Of a stretch of DNA of 64,000 nucleotides, positions 13,824 through 32,457 are shown in pieces (position 1 is the first letter of the stretch; each line of letters begins with the position of its first letter). The notes under the pieces are model-generated. The model worked only from the letters and a program-made list of their open reading frames with translations. It was not told the DNA's origin and made no database searches. This DNA comes from Eledone cirrhosa (lineage: Eukaryota). The stretch lies in assembly GCA_964016885.1 (NCBI GenBank), contig OZ024741.1:72230001-72294000 (forward strand), given 5' to 3'. Made by a program: the position numbers and the translations under genes.

Positions 13824-16800
13824 TCATCATCATCATCACAGTTTTACGTCCGTTCTTCCACGCTAGCATGGGTTAGACGGGTTGTCCTGTTGTGGGCAGT
13901 GTCTGGTCGGCTGACCATGCCTTGCTCATACAGGAACTGATCTGGCTTGATTTCTACAGCTGGATGCCCTTCCTAACACCAACCTCATTTACAGTGAGTG
14001 CTGGGTGCTTTTTCGTGGCGCCTACACGTCCACTTTACAGTGTGGGCTGGGTGCTTTTTTGCCGTGGCACCTCCACGACCACCTTGCGGTGGGGGGAGGG
14101 GAGCATATTGTTTATATGCTTCAGCATGTACCCATGGGAGGTCGGGTACCCTGTATTACTGCGTGACGCCAGAAGTCACGGTCATGTGTCATTGACTTTG
14201 AAAGGTGTAGTTGGGTAAGGTCGGCTTTTATCACCTCATCCCAAGTCATCTTGGGTCTCCCCACTCCGCGGTTTCCATCAACTTCTAGTGCTCTGCACCT
14301 TTTTATGCAGCTGTCATCCTTCATACGCATCACATGTCCATACCAGCGTAACCGCCTCTCCTGCACGCAGCATTTGATTCCTCTTATGCTCAGTCTCTCT
14401 CTCAATTCCTTTATGCTTTGTCGTTCACGTATATTACTGTTACACATCCATCGGAGCATGCAGGCTTCGTTTCTCTCTAATCTACGTAAGTCTTCCACCT
14501 TCAGCGCCCAGGTCTCACTACCATGCAACATCGCTGTTCGGATACACGCATCATACAGTCTGCCTTTCATTCTGAGGGAGAAGCCTTTTGCAGCTAGCAG
14601 TGGTAGTAGTTCCCTAAACTTCTTCCATCCCGTTCTTACCCTAGTTATTGTACTTTCTGAGCACCCACCTCCGTTGCTAATTCGGTCACCTAGGTAGCAG
14701 AAGCTGTCTACTGTTTCTACAGGGCCCTCCCAGAGATTGGTGGTACTTGTTTCCTGTGGCTGTTTGCTTGCTGTTTCAGCACAGCTGCTGCATGTGAATC
14801 CTACATTCTTAATTAAGCTTCCTGAGATCCCGCTACATCTCTTGTGTACCCATTGTTTGCATTTGGGGCAGAGAATGGAGTTCCTACCTACACCTTTCCT
14901 ACATACTGAGCAAGGCCATTTCCCTGAGGGGATCTGGGTTCTGTTTTCTCGTCTACTTATAAGGACCTTAGTCTTTGTCATGTTGACTTTGAGGCCCTTT
15001 CTCTCTAGTCCCTGCTTCCAGGTTTGGAATTTATTCTCTAGTTCTACCATAGATTCAGCTATGAGTGCGAGGTCATCAGCATACAGGAGTTCCCATGGGC
15101 ATCCGGTCTTAAACTCCTCCATTATTGCCTGCAGGACTATGATGAACAGGAGAGGGCTAAGAACAGAGCCCTGGTGGACCCCAACCTGTACGCTAAATTC
15201 CTCGCTATACTCATTGCCAATCCTAACTTTGCTGACTGCTCCCCTATACATGGCTTGTACCGCTTTCACAAGCCATTCATCTACTCCTAGTTTTCTAAGA
15301 GCCCACCAGATTACTGCACGTGGAACTCTGTCAAAGGCTTTCTCAAGGTCGACAAATGCCAAGTAGAGTGGCTTACTTTTAGCTAGGTACTTTTCCTGTA
15401 ATTGACTCACAAGGAAGAGGGCATCAGTGGTGCCTTTCCCTGGTACAAACCCAAATTGCATCTCGTCTATATTCACCCGGTCCCTAATCAGCTGTGCTAT
15501 AACTCTTTCTGTTACTTTCATGACCTGGTCCATCAACTTTATACCTCTATAGTGTCCTCTATCTAGTGCATCGCCTTTACCTTTGTAGCAGTTGACAATG
15601 ATGCTACTGCACCAATCTTTTGGTATGGCCCCCTCTGGTATTACCTGGTTAACGATACGTGTGGTTATAGTGTGACCTACAGACCCAGATGCCTTCAGCA
15701 TCTCGGCAGCTATACCCGATGGACCGGTTGCCTTCCCTCATATCTCTGATTGCCTTACTTACTACGCTGCCGCTGACTTGTACTGCTGGTCCCTCTATAG
15801 GGTCTACGTGGGGTAGGGTCTCTTCTTCCCATGCATTCTCCTCATTTAGTAATCTATCATAATGACTCTTCCATGCATCTTTCTTCTCAGCACTTGTGAG
15901 GGCAAGCTCACCTTTATCATTCCAGATACACTTCTCTCCAATGACATCACAACTATCTCTGACACACTGCCTCGCAATCTTGAATACCTCCTGTTTCTGG
16001 TCCTCACGTTGTAAAACATGCTTGAATTTTCTATCCTCTGCTTCCCTCCTAGCTAAGTATACTTGTCGCCTAGCTTCCCTCTTGGTCTCTATGTAATGTA
16101 CCCTGCTCCCCCCGTTCTTCCATTCTTTCCATGCCTGTCTCTTGGCCTTGACTGCTTCATCTACCTTATTGTTCCACCACCAAGTCACTCTCCTCCTGCT
16201 TGAGGTCTTACTCCAGCCACAAACCTCATCTGTCGCCTCTAGTAAGTTATTTTTTAGGAACTCCCAGTTCTCTTCTACGTTAAATGTCTCTATCTGTTCT
16301 TCTTTACTGTCGTAGGCGTTGAGTAAAATATCTTTAAATCTGTTACTGGCTGAGGGGACTTTCAGCTTCCAGATCTTTCTTCTCCAGGTTGGCCTCTGTT
16401 TCAGGGCTCGTCTAGTTCTGACCGTGAGGTCACTGACAACTAAGCTATGTTGGGATGTACATTCCTCACTAGGGAAGGCTTTTGTGTTTACGACCGTCCA
16501 TCTGTCACGTCCTCTGATGAGGATAAAATCTAACTGACTAGAGTGCTCCCCTGATCTATAGGTGATCAGGTGGTTGTCGGGTTTTTTAAAGTTTGTGTTA
16601 CATATCGACATGTCATTGGCGTCGCAGAATTCTAGAAGTCTGAATCCTTCCTCATTCCTTGTGCCAACTCCATGGCCTCCATGTACTCTATTGAAGCCGT
16701 CGCAGTGTTTACCTACGTGTCCGTTAAAATATCCTGCAATGATTAGGAAGTCCTTGTCGTCTGTTAGAGCAGTAGTGTGTATTAGGGACTCGTAAAACCT

Positions 16801-17033
16801 ATCCTTAAGTTCGTCTGGCAGCCCCGATTGGGGTGCGTAAGCTGATATTATTGTGGTAATTGTCTTATTCAGGACTAGTCTGAGTTTAATGATTCTTGCA
16901 TTTACCCTGTACACTGAGATTACTTTATCTACCCACTTGTCAGCTAATAGTATACCTACACCACCCATCCCATCGTCATTTCCCACCCAGAAAAATTTGT
17001 AGCACTGGCTTTTTCCTACAAGGACTCTAGCAG
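13824..17033 (-). mobile_element. RTE-type LINE (family B), near-complete APE endonuclease + RT, frameshift near 15725
   Basis: [27 protein letters not shown] endonuclease motifs; [34 protein letters not shown] motifs; (GAT)n tail at 13824. Confidence 0.95.
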
Positions 17034-17277
17034 ATATATAGATATACATATAGATATACAAATATATATACATATATATATATATATATACATATATATA
17101 GATATATACATATTTATATATATACATACATATATATTTATATATATACATATATATATATATATATACATATATAGATATATACATATATATATATATA
17201 CATACATATATATAGATATATACATATATATATATACATACATATATATAGATATATACATATATATATATACATAC

Positions 17278-17308
<31 letters not shown>

Positions 17309-17440
17309 CATATATATATACATATATATATATTAGCTCTGTTTCTCGACCGTTATATCGCGTGACTATCTCCCCCTCCGCCTTTTGGGATTCTTTCTCA
17401 CGTCGTGTAGACGCGTTCTTGAGACTAGTAAAATGAGGTA

Positions 17441-17530
17441 TCCTCTTGATAAGTCGGCAGACCTCGCAAGGACTCTATATCTTTATGATATATTGTTTTT
17501 GTTTATGCCACGAAACTACATAGTCGAGGA
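17441..17530 (+). ncRNA. Type I hammerhead ribozyme with long stem-loop II, U3-A8 core variant
   Basis: tcctc-TTGATAA-gt(c)ggca...tgccac-GAAA-cta(ca)tag-TC-gagga; 5-bp stem I, GUC triplet; lies in a ~260-bp island between microsatellites. Confidence 0.72.
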
Positions 17531-17596
17531 ATTTAGGAGCATTTTATTACTAATTATATCTAAATGTTTCTTCTCTCTTCATAATGTATTATATAC

Positions 17597-17845
<249 letters not shown>

Positions 17846-17872
17846 CATATATATATACATATAATATACATA

Positions 17873-17904
<32 letters not shown>

Positions 17905-17929
17905 CATATATATACATATATATATATAC

Positions 17930-17974
<45 letters not shown>

Positions 17975-18079
17975 CATATATACATATATATATATACATA
18001 TATATATACATATATATATACATATAATATATATATACATATATATATACATATATATATATATATAATATATATATAC

Positions 18080-18167
<88 letters not shown>

Positions 18168-18174
18168 CATTATA

Positions 18175-18335
<161 letters not shown>

Positions 18336-18477
18336 ATAGTATATATATACATATATATAGATATATATACATATATTAGATAATATATATATATACATAT
18401 ATAGATAGATATATATACATATATATAGATAGATTATATATACATATATATGGATTTTAGATATATATAGATATATA

Positions 18478-18625
18478 TCATTTTACATTCGCTTTTTCCC
18501 TGCTTGCAAGGGCGGGATGGGAAATGATTCTGGCTTGATTTCTACTGGATGCCCTTCCTAACACCAACCTCATTTACAGTGAGTGCTGGGTGCTTTTTTT
18601 CCTTGGCACCTCCACGACCACTTTG
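18478..18625 (-). mobile_element. Short RTE-type 3'UTR fragment
   Basis: ggatgcccttcctaacaccaacctcatttacagtgagtgctggg shared with the family B 3'UTR. Confidence 0.75.
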
Positions 18626-18675
18626 CAGTGGGTGGAATGATATGGATCCCAGTCTATATCATCTCATTTCTACAG

Positions 18676-18788
18676 CAATGTGAAATAAAGTGTCTTGCTC
18701 AAGGAAACAACACATCACCCGGTCTGAGAATTGAACTCACAACCTTTCGATTGCAAGGCCAATGCTCTAACCACTAAGCCATGTGCCT
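18676..18788 (-). mobile_element. tRNA-headed SINE fragment (second family)
   Basis: Minus strand tggcttagtggttagagc...gagttcaattctc...ccttgagcaagacacttta. Confidence 0.7.
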
Positions 18789-19313
18789 CTATACATATAT
18801 ATAGATATATATAGATATATATACATATATATAGATATATATAGATATATATAGATATATATAGATATAGATATATTTACATATATATAGATATATATAG
18901 ATATATATACATATATAGATATATATAGATATATATACATATATAGATATATATACATATATAGATATATATACATATATATAGATATATAGATATATAT
19001 ACATATATATAGATATATATAGATATATATACGTATATATAGATATATATACATATATATATAGATATATATACATATATATAGATATATATAGATATAT
19101 ATACATAGATATAGATATATATATACATATATATAGATATAGATATATATATACATATATATAGATATATATATATATACATATATATAGATATATATAT
19201 ATATACATATATATAGATATATATACATATATATATAGATATATATATACATATATATAGATATAGATATACATATATATAGATATAGATATATATACAT
19301 ATATATATATAGA

Positions 19314-19347
<34 letters not shown>

Positions 19348-19570
19348 GATATATATACATATATATAGATATATATAGATATATATACATATATATATAT
19401 ATAGATATATATAGATATATATACATATATATAGATATATATATATAGATATATATACATAGATATATATATATAGATATATATACATATATATAGATAT
19501 ATATATATAGATATATATACATATATATATACATATATATATATATAGATATATATATACATATATATAG

Positions 19571-19601
<31 letters not shown>

Positions 19602-19602
19602 G

Positions 19603-19633
<31 letters not shown>

Positions 19634-20278
19634 GATATATATATACATATATATAGATATATATATACATATATATAGATATAGATATATATATACATAT
19701 ATATAGATATAGATATATATATACATATATATATATATAGATATATATATACATATATATATATATAGATATATATATACATATATATAGATATATATAT
19801 ACATATATATAGATATAGATATATATATATACATATATATATAGATATAGATATATATATACATATATATAGATATATATATATACATATATACATATAT
19901 AGATATATATATACATATATACATATATAGATATATATATACATATATATAGATATATATATACATATATATAGATATATATATACATATATATAGATAT
20001 ATATAGATATATATATTTATATACATATATATAGATATATATATACATATATATATATACATATATATAGATATATATATACATATATATATATACATAT
20101 ATATATATATACATATATATATATACATATATATATATACATATATATATATATACATATATATATATACATATATATATATACATATATATACATATAT
20201 ATATATATACATATATATATACATATATATATATATACATATATATATACATATATATATATATACATATATATATAC

Positions 20279-20313
<35 letters not shown>

Positions 20314-20347
20314 CATATATATATAGATATACATAGATATATACATA

Positions 20348-21017
20348 TCATCATCATCATCATCATCACCGTTTTACGTCCGTTCTTCCACGCTAGCATG
20401 GGTTAGACGGGTTGTCCTGTTGTGGGCAGTGTCTGGTCGGCTGACCATGCCTTGCTCATACAGGAACTGATCTGGCTTGATTTCTACAGCTGGATGCCCT
20501 TCCTAACACCAACCTCATTTACAGTGAGTGCTGGGTGCTTTTTCGTGGCGCCTACACGTCCACTTTACAGTGTGGGCTGGGTGCTTTTTTGCCGTGGCAC
20601 CTCCACGACCACCTTGCGGTGGGGGGGGGGGGCATATTGTTTATATGCTTCAGCATGTACCCATGGGAGGTCGGGTACCCTGTATTACTGCGTGACGCCA
20701 GAAGTCACGGTCGTGTGTCATTGACTTTGAGAGGTGTAGTTGGGTAAGGTCGGCTTTTATCACCGTCATCCCAAGTCATCTTGGGTCTCCCCACTCCGCG
20801 GTTTCCATCAACTTCTAGTGCTCTGCACCTTTTTATGCAGCTGTCATCCTTCATACGCATCACATGTCCATACCAGCGTAACCGCCTCTCCTGCACGCAG
20901 CATTTGATTCCTCTTATGCTCAGTCTCTCTCTCAATTCATTTATGCTTTGTCGTTCACGTATATTACTGTTACACATCCATCGGAGCATGCAGGCTTCGT
21001 TTCTCTCTAATCTACGT
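20348..21017 (-). mobile_element. 5'-truncated RTE-type LINE (family B)
   Basis: Nearly identical to 13824-14488; [15 protein letters not shown]...RRLRWYGHV. Confidence 0.92.
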
Positions 21018-23008
21018 ATATATATATACATATATATATATATATACTTATATATATATATATATATACATACATATATACATATATATATATACATATA
21101 TATATATACATATATATAGATATATATATATACATATATATAGATATAGATATACATATACATATATATATATATACTATGTTGTGTGTATCCTGGCTTT
21201 TAGAATAGGTACACTGTATTCTTGCATGTTATAAGAGGCGATTAAAGGGGTTGGCATTGGGAAGGCTACTGGACCATAGAACATTGGCTCAAAATGTCTC
21301 ATCTAACCAACATGCCAGCATTGGGAAGTGGATATAAAAATGTTGATGTTTATAGAAGTCTTGAGTTTAATATCTACTGCAGATGATTTGTTGGGCTTTT
21401 TGATCATAACACATTCTTCATTACCTCAGTTTACCTAGCAATCAAAAAGGCTAGGTACCATCAAATCATCTGGAGAATTGTCTCTGTGAATAGACTAGTA
21501 TTGTATCCAGGAAGTGGGAGATTTATTTCTTTTCACCTATACACCACAAGGGGGAGGAAGAGACACCTTTTGTATTGGCTGCCTATAGGTTGGCATCAAG
21601 AACGTTCCTCTCCAAGGCACAAGCTGAAGCGAAGTGCTTCTGTAGAAAATTAGTAGTCACCCATGCATGTCTGTTTCCCCCTTCATGCCACTGATGCTGG
21701 CACCAGTGATGTCGCAACTTATATACACATACTATATATATGATGTCCGAGGCAAAGGTTAATACAGCTTAGCACCAGTGACAAAATGTATTGCCTGGTC
21801 CAAGAATCAAACTCATAACCTCTTGATTGTGAATCCAACACTTTAACCCCTAATCCAAGACATCATGAAGCCGCTTAATAGTTTTGTGAGCAGAGAATTT
21901 TTTCCGAAAGAATTTTCATTAAATTGGTTTTGAGAATATCAAGCTCCTGTAGTTCTTTAACCTCAGGTCAGCCTTGACTGAACAAAAACCTATGATTAAA
22001 GGCATTCCAGCAGTGACCATCCAGTCCTTTGCCTAAGTGCATGAAACTCAGGACTATATTGTTTAACATGTCCATTACTAAGATAATTGGGGGTGGTAGT
22101 TGGTATGAGGGAGCTTTCGCTGCCATTTCTAGCAAATCTGGTGGCCACATTGTCTCATTTTTAGGGGGTTAGAATTGTTTTATGGTAAGGGATATGGTAA
22201 CATGAATGAACTGGTTAACCAGCAATGATAGGGCACCAGGTGCAATGCCTCGTGGCATTGAATCTGTCATATCTATTATCCCTCTCTTATTCATCAGTGT
22301 CCAATTCCCATTGCAGATAGGACACAGGACATTGGACAGCAGGCATTCAGATATTTGTTTTAATTGATTCCATATTGTCTTCTGTTAGTTACACAGCAGG
22401 TTTTATGACTGGTTAGAAGGTATCAGATGTCACACAACATTGTATTATGACATGTCATATTCCTTACTTATGTCACAGTGACCTTATATATATATACTTA
22501 ATACAAAATGAAAACCAAGGTTACTTATTCCATATATATATATAAATATATATAAATATATATATATAAATATACATATATATATATAAATATACATATA
22601 TATATATACATAAATATATATATATACATAAATATATATATATATACATAAATATATATATATATACATAAATATATATATATATACATAAATATATATA
22701 TACATAAATATATATATATACATAAATATATATATATATACATAAATATATATATATACATAAATATATACATAAATATATATATATACATAAATATATA
22801 TACATATATATATATATACATAAATATATAGTATATATATATATATATACATAAATATATATATATATACATAAATATATATATATATACATAAATATAT
22901 ATATATATACATAAATATATATGTATACATAAATATATATATATACACATAAATATATATACATATATATATATACATAAATATATATACATATATATAT
23001 ATACATAA

Positions 23009-23039
<31 letters not shown>

Positions 23040-23044
23040 CATAA

Positions 23045-23077
<33 letters not shown>

Positions 23078-23169
23078 CATAAATATATATATATATATAT
23101 ATAAATATATATATAAATATATATATATACATAAATATATATATATACATAAATATATATATATTTATG

Positions 23170-25054
23170 GGGTTGTTCCGAAGGACTGGTGTAGCAGCAT
23201 CATCATTAACTGTTACAAGGGTAAAGGAGATGCCCTAGATAGGTGTAACTATAGAGGCATTAAATTAATCGACCAGGTCATGAAGGTCACGGAAAAAGTA
23301 ATAGCGCAACTAATCAGAGAGAGAATTGATCTAGATGAAATGCAGTTCGGGTTTGTGTCAAGCAAAAGTACCACAGACGCTCTTTTCATTGTACGACAAC
23401 TACAGGAGAAGTACCTAGCTAAAAGTAAACCCCTATACTTAGCTTTTGTTGACTTGGAGAAAGCCTTCGACAGAGTCCCCCGTTCCATTATCTGGTGGGC
23501 TCTTAGAAAACTAGGTGTTGACGAATGGCTTGTGAGAGCTATACAAACCATGTATAAAGAAACAGTCAGCAAGGTTAGAATTAACAACGAATATAGTGAA
23601 GAGTTTAGCGTAAAAGTTGGTGTCCATCAGGGCTCTGTTCTTAGCCCCCTACTATTTATTATTGCCCTTCAGGCTATAACAGAGGAGTTCAAGACCGGCT
23701 GCCCATGGGAACTCCTATACGCAGATGATCTAGCGCTCATAGCTGAATCAATGGCCGTGCTAGAGAAGAAATTCCAAACATGGAAGCACGGCCTAGAATC
23801 AAAAGGCCTTAAAATTAACCTGGCTAAGACTAAAGTTCTAGTTTGTAGGAAAGAAAATAAGGCTCCGGTCCCTTCCGGGAAATGGCCATGCTCAGTGTAT
23901 AGGAAAGGCGTAGGTAGAAACTCTATTTTATGTCCCAAATGCAACGTATGGGTGCATAAAAGATGTAGTGGGATCACAGATAAGCTAACTAAGAACATAG
24001 ATTTTACATGTGGCCGGTGCTCTGGTGCAATAAGTAGCAGCAAGTGCCCACAAAATACTAACTCTTTCAATTGCGCAGAGGGTTCTATAGAAATAGTGGA
24101 CAGCTTCCGTTACCTGGGCGACAAAATCAGCAGTGGGGGAGGGTGCTCTGAAAGTACAGTAGCTAGAGTCAGAACTGGTTGGAAAAAGTTCAGAGAGATT
24201 ATACCACTATTAGACGCTAAAGGGTTCTCCCTAAGAATGAAAGGCAGGTTGTATGATGCCTGCATACGAACAGCAATGTTGCATGGCAGTGAGACCTGGC
24301 ATTGTGTGCAGAGGATATACGCAGACTAGAGAGGAACGAAGCTTGCATGCTCCGCTGGATGTGTGAATACGTGAACGGCAAAGCATAAGCGAACTAAGGA
24401 AAAAATTAGAAATAAGAGGGATCAGATGTTGTTTACTCGAGAGAAGGCTACGTTGGCATGGTCACGTGATGCGCATGAAAGACGACAGCTGTATAATAAA
24501 GTGCAGGGCAATAAAGATAGACGGTAGCTACGGAGTAGGCAGACCCAGAAAAACCTGGGACGAGCTGATAAATTCTGACCTCACACACTTACACCTCTCC
24601 AAGACAATGTCACTGGACCGAGACCTTTGGCGGTACTCAGTAATAGAGAAGACCCGCCTTACCTAAATACAAAGTAAAACCTACTACAGCCAGTAGGCAT
24701 CTCTAACAAAATACACCCCCGTCCACCACCCCCACCCCATCCACACCGCCCCCTCAATGTAAAGTTATGTTGGTGCCACAACATCCAGGCCGAAACAAAT
24801 GAGATCGTGTAGGTGTCACGACAAAAAAACACACAGTCCACGCTGTAATGTGGCCGTGTAGGCAACACGGTAAAAACCTCCCAGCCCCACACTGTAAATG
24901 TGGTTGGTATTAGGAAGGGCATCCAGCTGTAGAAAACCTGCCAGACAGTCCTATGCGAGCAAGACAATCACTCTTGCCTCAAGTGAGAAAACCCCCGTCT
25001 AAACCCATGCAAGCGTGGAACACGGACGTTAAAAGTTGATGATGATGATGATGA
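23170..25054 (+). mobile_element. 5'-truncated RTE-type LINE (family A), RT domain, frameshifted near 24300
   Basis: ORF 23280-24329 with [21 protein letters not shown]; (GAT)n tail. Confidence 0.95.
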
Positions 25055-26420
<1,366 letters not shown>

Positions 26421-29085
26421 ATCATCATCATCATCATTTTACGTCCGCTTTTCCCTGCTTGCAAGGGTGGGACGGGTCTTATTCAGCACAGCATCTCTCC
26501 ACTCGTCACGGTCCCTCGTCATCTCCACCGTGAGCTTCAATGATCTGAGGTCTGTTCTCACCACCTCCGCCCATGTTTTTCGTGGTCTACCTCTACTACG
26601 TCTTCCTTCAACTGGCATTTCCTGGCACTTCTTCACCCATCGGTCATCCTCCATGCGCATCACATGTCCATACCACCTCAGTCTCCTCTCCCGTACACTA
26701 CATTCTATCCCTCTCAGACACAGTTTCTCTCTCAACACATTTATGCTGGGTCGTTCACGCACATTTACACTGCACATCCAACGGAGCATGCTTGCCTCAT
26801 TTCTCTCCAGCCATCGCATATCTTCTGCGGTAGCTGCCCATGTCTCACTACCATGCAGCATCGCGCTCCTCACACAGGCATCATACAACCGGCCTTTCGT
26901 ACGCAGGGAGAAACCCTTCTTCGTCAACAGAGGAAGCAGCTCCCTAAACTTCTTCCAACCCGTCCTTATTCTAGATACTATGGCCTCGGAACACCCTCCT
27001 CCCATGCTAATCTGATCTCCTAGGTACCGGAAGCTATCCACCACTTCTATAGCGCCCTCTCGCATTTGAAAAATGTGTCTATCAGTGCGACTTCTACTGT
27101 CTAATTTCCCTGTACATCTACTGCATACATATTTCTCCCTACCTGTTAGTTTGCCTGCTATCCCGCTACATCTCTTGTGTACCCAGGACCTACATTGTGT
27201 GCATTTTATAGAATTTATGCCAGTTCCTTTTCTGCATATCAAACATGGCCATTTCCCTGACGGAATCAGGGTTTTGTCCTCTTTTCTACTCATCAACACT
27301 TTTGTCTTAGCTAGATTTACTCTCAGTCCTCTTGCTTCCAACTGCTGTTTCCATAGCCGGAATTTATTCTCTAGCTCCTCTACTGATTCTGCCATAAGAG
27401 CCAGATCGTCAGCATAGAGAAGTTCCCATGGACAGCCAGTCTTAAACTCCTCTGTTATGGCTTGGAGGACTATAATGAACAAGAGCGGGCTGAGGACCGA
27501 ACCCTGATGTACTCCTACTTGTATCTGGAATTCCTCACTAAACTCCATTCCTACCCTGACTTTACTGAGAGTACCTCTGTACAAAGTTTGCACTGTCCTT
27601 ACAAGCCATTCCTCAACACCCAGCTTCCTTAGGGACCACCAGATGACAGATCGGGGTACCCTATCAAAGGCCTTCTCTAGGTCAACAAAGGCCAAGTATA
27701 GTGGCTTATTCTTCTCTAAGAACCTCTCTTGCATTTGTCTCACCAAGAAGAGGGCATCTGTTGTACTCTTCCCAGGCACAAAACCAAACTGCATCTCATC
27801 TAGTTTGACCCTTTCTCTAATTAGTTGTGCTAAAATCCTTTCTGCCACTTTCATAACCTGATCTATCAGTTTTATACCCCTATAATTGCTCCTCTCCAAA
27901 GCATCCCCTTTACCTTTGTAGCAATTTATGAGAATACTGCTGCACCAGTCTTTGGGTATGACACCACCATATATAGCCTGATTGATTATGCGTGCAACCA
28001 GTTTAGTGCCTACGTCCCCTGATGCCTTCAGCATCTCAGCAACTATTCCCGATGGTCCGGCCGCCTTACCATTTTTCATTTCCCTAATCGCCTCTTGGAC
28101 CCTATATTCGTCAAGCTCAATAGCTGGTCCCTCTGTCGGATCTACCAAGGGTAATTTCTCTCTTTCCCATTCGTTCTCCACATTCATCAGTCTCTCATAA
28201 TGGCATTTCCAGGCCTCCTTTTTCTGGTCATTCGTGACACTAAGTACACCGGCATCATCCCGGACACATTTATCACCAACAACATCCTGATTTGCATTGA
28301 CACACTGCCTTGCAATGTGGAACACCGCACGCCTCTGATCTTCCCGTCGCAGAACATTGGCAAACCTCCTACTCTCTGCCTCCCTGCGTGCTAAGTACAC
28401 CTGACGTCTAGCTTCTCTCTTAGTGGCTGTATATTCTTCCCTACTCCCACCCTTATTCCAAGCCTTCCATGCTAGTCTTTTGTCTCTAATAGCCTTATCT
28501 ACACTGCTGTTCCACCACCAGGTCACTCTCTGTCTGGTTGGGGCTCTGCTCCAGCCACAAGTTTCATCAGTAGCCTTCAGCAAGTTGTCACGTAAGAACT
28601 TCCAGTTATTATCTATGTCATACGTCTCTAAATCGTCTTCTTTTTCGTCATATACATCTTGAAGGGCTTTCCTAAATTTGAATTTTAGTGAAAGGTCTTT
28701 TAGCTTCCAGACCTTTCTTCTCCACACTTTCCTATATGGCTCATTCCATCTCTTGCTTACTGAGATATCACTAACAACTAACCTATGCTGTGGGGTACAT
28801 TCTTCCCCAGGGTATGCCTTGGTATTAGACACTATCTGCCTGTCCCGCTGCCTAACTAGCAGGAAGTCAATCTGGCTTATGTGCTCACCAGATTTGTAGG
28901 TTATTAGGTGATTGGCAGGTTTCTGGAAGTTTGTGTTGCAAATAGTCAATGTACTTGCATCACAAAATTCAAGAAGTCTCACTCCTTCTTCATTTCTTGA
29001 ACCGTAACCATGCCCACCATGTACCCCAGTGTAACCATCCTGGAGCTGTCCAACATGACCATTGAAGTCTCCTGCTAGCATAACG
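26421..29085 (-). mobile_element. RTE-type LINE (family C): uninterrupted 880-aa frame (half endonuclease + RT + C-terminus), 5'-truncated
   Basis: [40 protein letters not shown]; stop codon lies immediately before the (GAT)n tail. Confidence 0.95.
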
Positions 29086-29178
29086 ATATATATATATATA
29101 ATATATATATATATATAATATATATATATATATAATATATATATATATATATAATATATATATATATATAATATATAT

Positions 29179-29210
<32 letters not shown>

Positions 29211-29260
29211 ATATATATATATATATATAATATATATATATATATATAATATATATATAT

Positions 29261-29376
29261 CTATCTATCTATCTAAGGCGGGTAAAATTCCCGAGATCCA
29301 TGGACGAGTTCTCTCCAGCGGTCTCTGTCCCTCATTATCGCTGCCATATCCTAAGGACAGACACTGGTCTGTTGGA
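29261..29376 (-). mobile_element. 3'-terminal fragment of another LINE with a (TAGA)n tail
   Basis: Minus strand translates MAAIMRDRDRWRELV, an RTE-like C-terminus, followed by tagatagatag. Confidence 0.55.
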
Positions 29377-31444
<2,068 letters not shown>

Positions 31445-32160
31445 ATGAAGCCTGCATGCTCCACTGGATGTGTAATAGTAATATACGTGAACGGCTAAGC
31501 ATAAACGAACTAAGCAAAAAATTAGAAATAAGAGGGATCAGATGTTGTTTACTCGAGAGAAGGCTACGTTGGTATGGTCACGCGATGCGCATGAAAGACG
31601 ACAGCTGTATAACAAAGTGCAGGGCAATAAAGATAGACGGTAGCCACGGAGTAGGCAGACCTAGAAAAACCTGGGACGACTTGATACATTCCGACCTCAC
31701 ACGCTTACACCTCTCCAAGACAATGTCACTGGACCGAAACCTTTAGCGGTACTCAGTAATAGAGAAGACCCGCCTTACCTAAATACAAAGTAAAACCTGC
31801 TACAGTCAGTAGGCATCTCTAACAAAACACCCCCACCCACCCCACCCCATCCACACCACCCCTTTCAATGTAAAGTTATGTTGGTGCCACAACATCCAGG
31901 CCGAAACAAATGAGATCGTGTAGGTGTCACGACAAAAAAACACACAGTCCACGCTGTAATGTAGCCGTGTAGGCAACATGGTAAAAACCTCCTAGCCCCA
32001 CACTGTAAATGTGGTTGGTGTTAGGAAGGGCATCCAGCTGTAGAAAACCCGCCAGACAGTCCTATGCGAGCAAGACAATCACTCTTGCCTCAAGTGGGAA
32101 AACCCCCGTCCAAACCCATGCAAGCGTGGAACACGGACGTTAAACGTTGATGATGATGAT

Positions 32161-32161
<1 letters not shown>
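31445..32161 (+). mobile_element. 5'-truncated RTE-type LINE (family A)
   Basis: ORF 31456-31746 with premature stop; same 3'UTR and tail as other family A copies. Confidence 0.92.
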
Positions 32162-32207
<46 letters not shown>

Positions 32208-32242
32208 TATATATATAAATATACATATATATATATAAATAT

Positions 32243-32283
<41 letters not shown>

Positions 32284-32382
32284 TACATATATATATATAT
32301 ATATAAATATACATATATATATATATAAATAAATATATATATATATACAATATTAATAAATGGAAACTATATTTATAAAACC

Positions 32383-32457
32383 ATATTTATTTCATTATAT
32401 ATATTTCAAGGATACCAAGTTAAATCATGGTATGCCTTCATCAGACAAAATACAATA
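32383..32457 (-). ncRNA. Type I hammerhead fold (same family as 41104-41164)
   Basis: tattttgt-CTGATGA-aggcatacca...tggtatcctt-GAAA-tatata-TA-atgaaata; AUA triplet. Confidence 0.65.

Noticed and set aside
14251-16795. Plus-strand ORFs over the RTE copy (also 26467-28899 and ORFs antisense to Tx1)
   Set aside because: Antisense or alternate-frame shadows of retroelement ORFs
18700-18788. tRNA gene
   Set aside because: A and B boxes are present but there is no acceptor stem and it continues into SINE body
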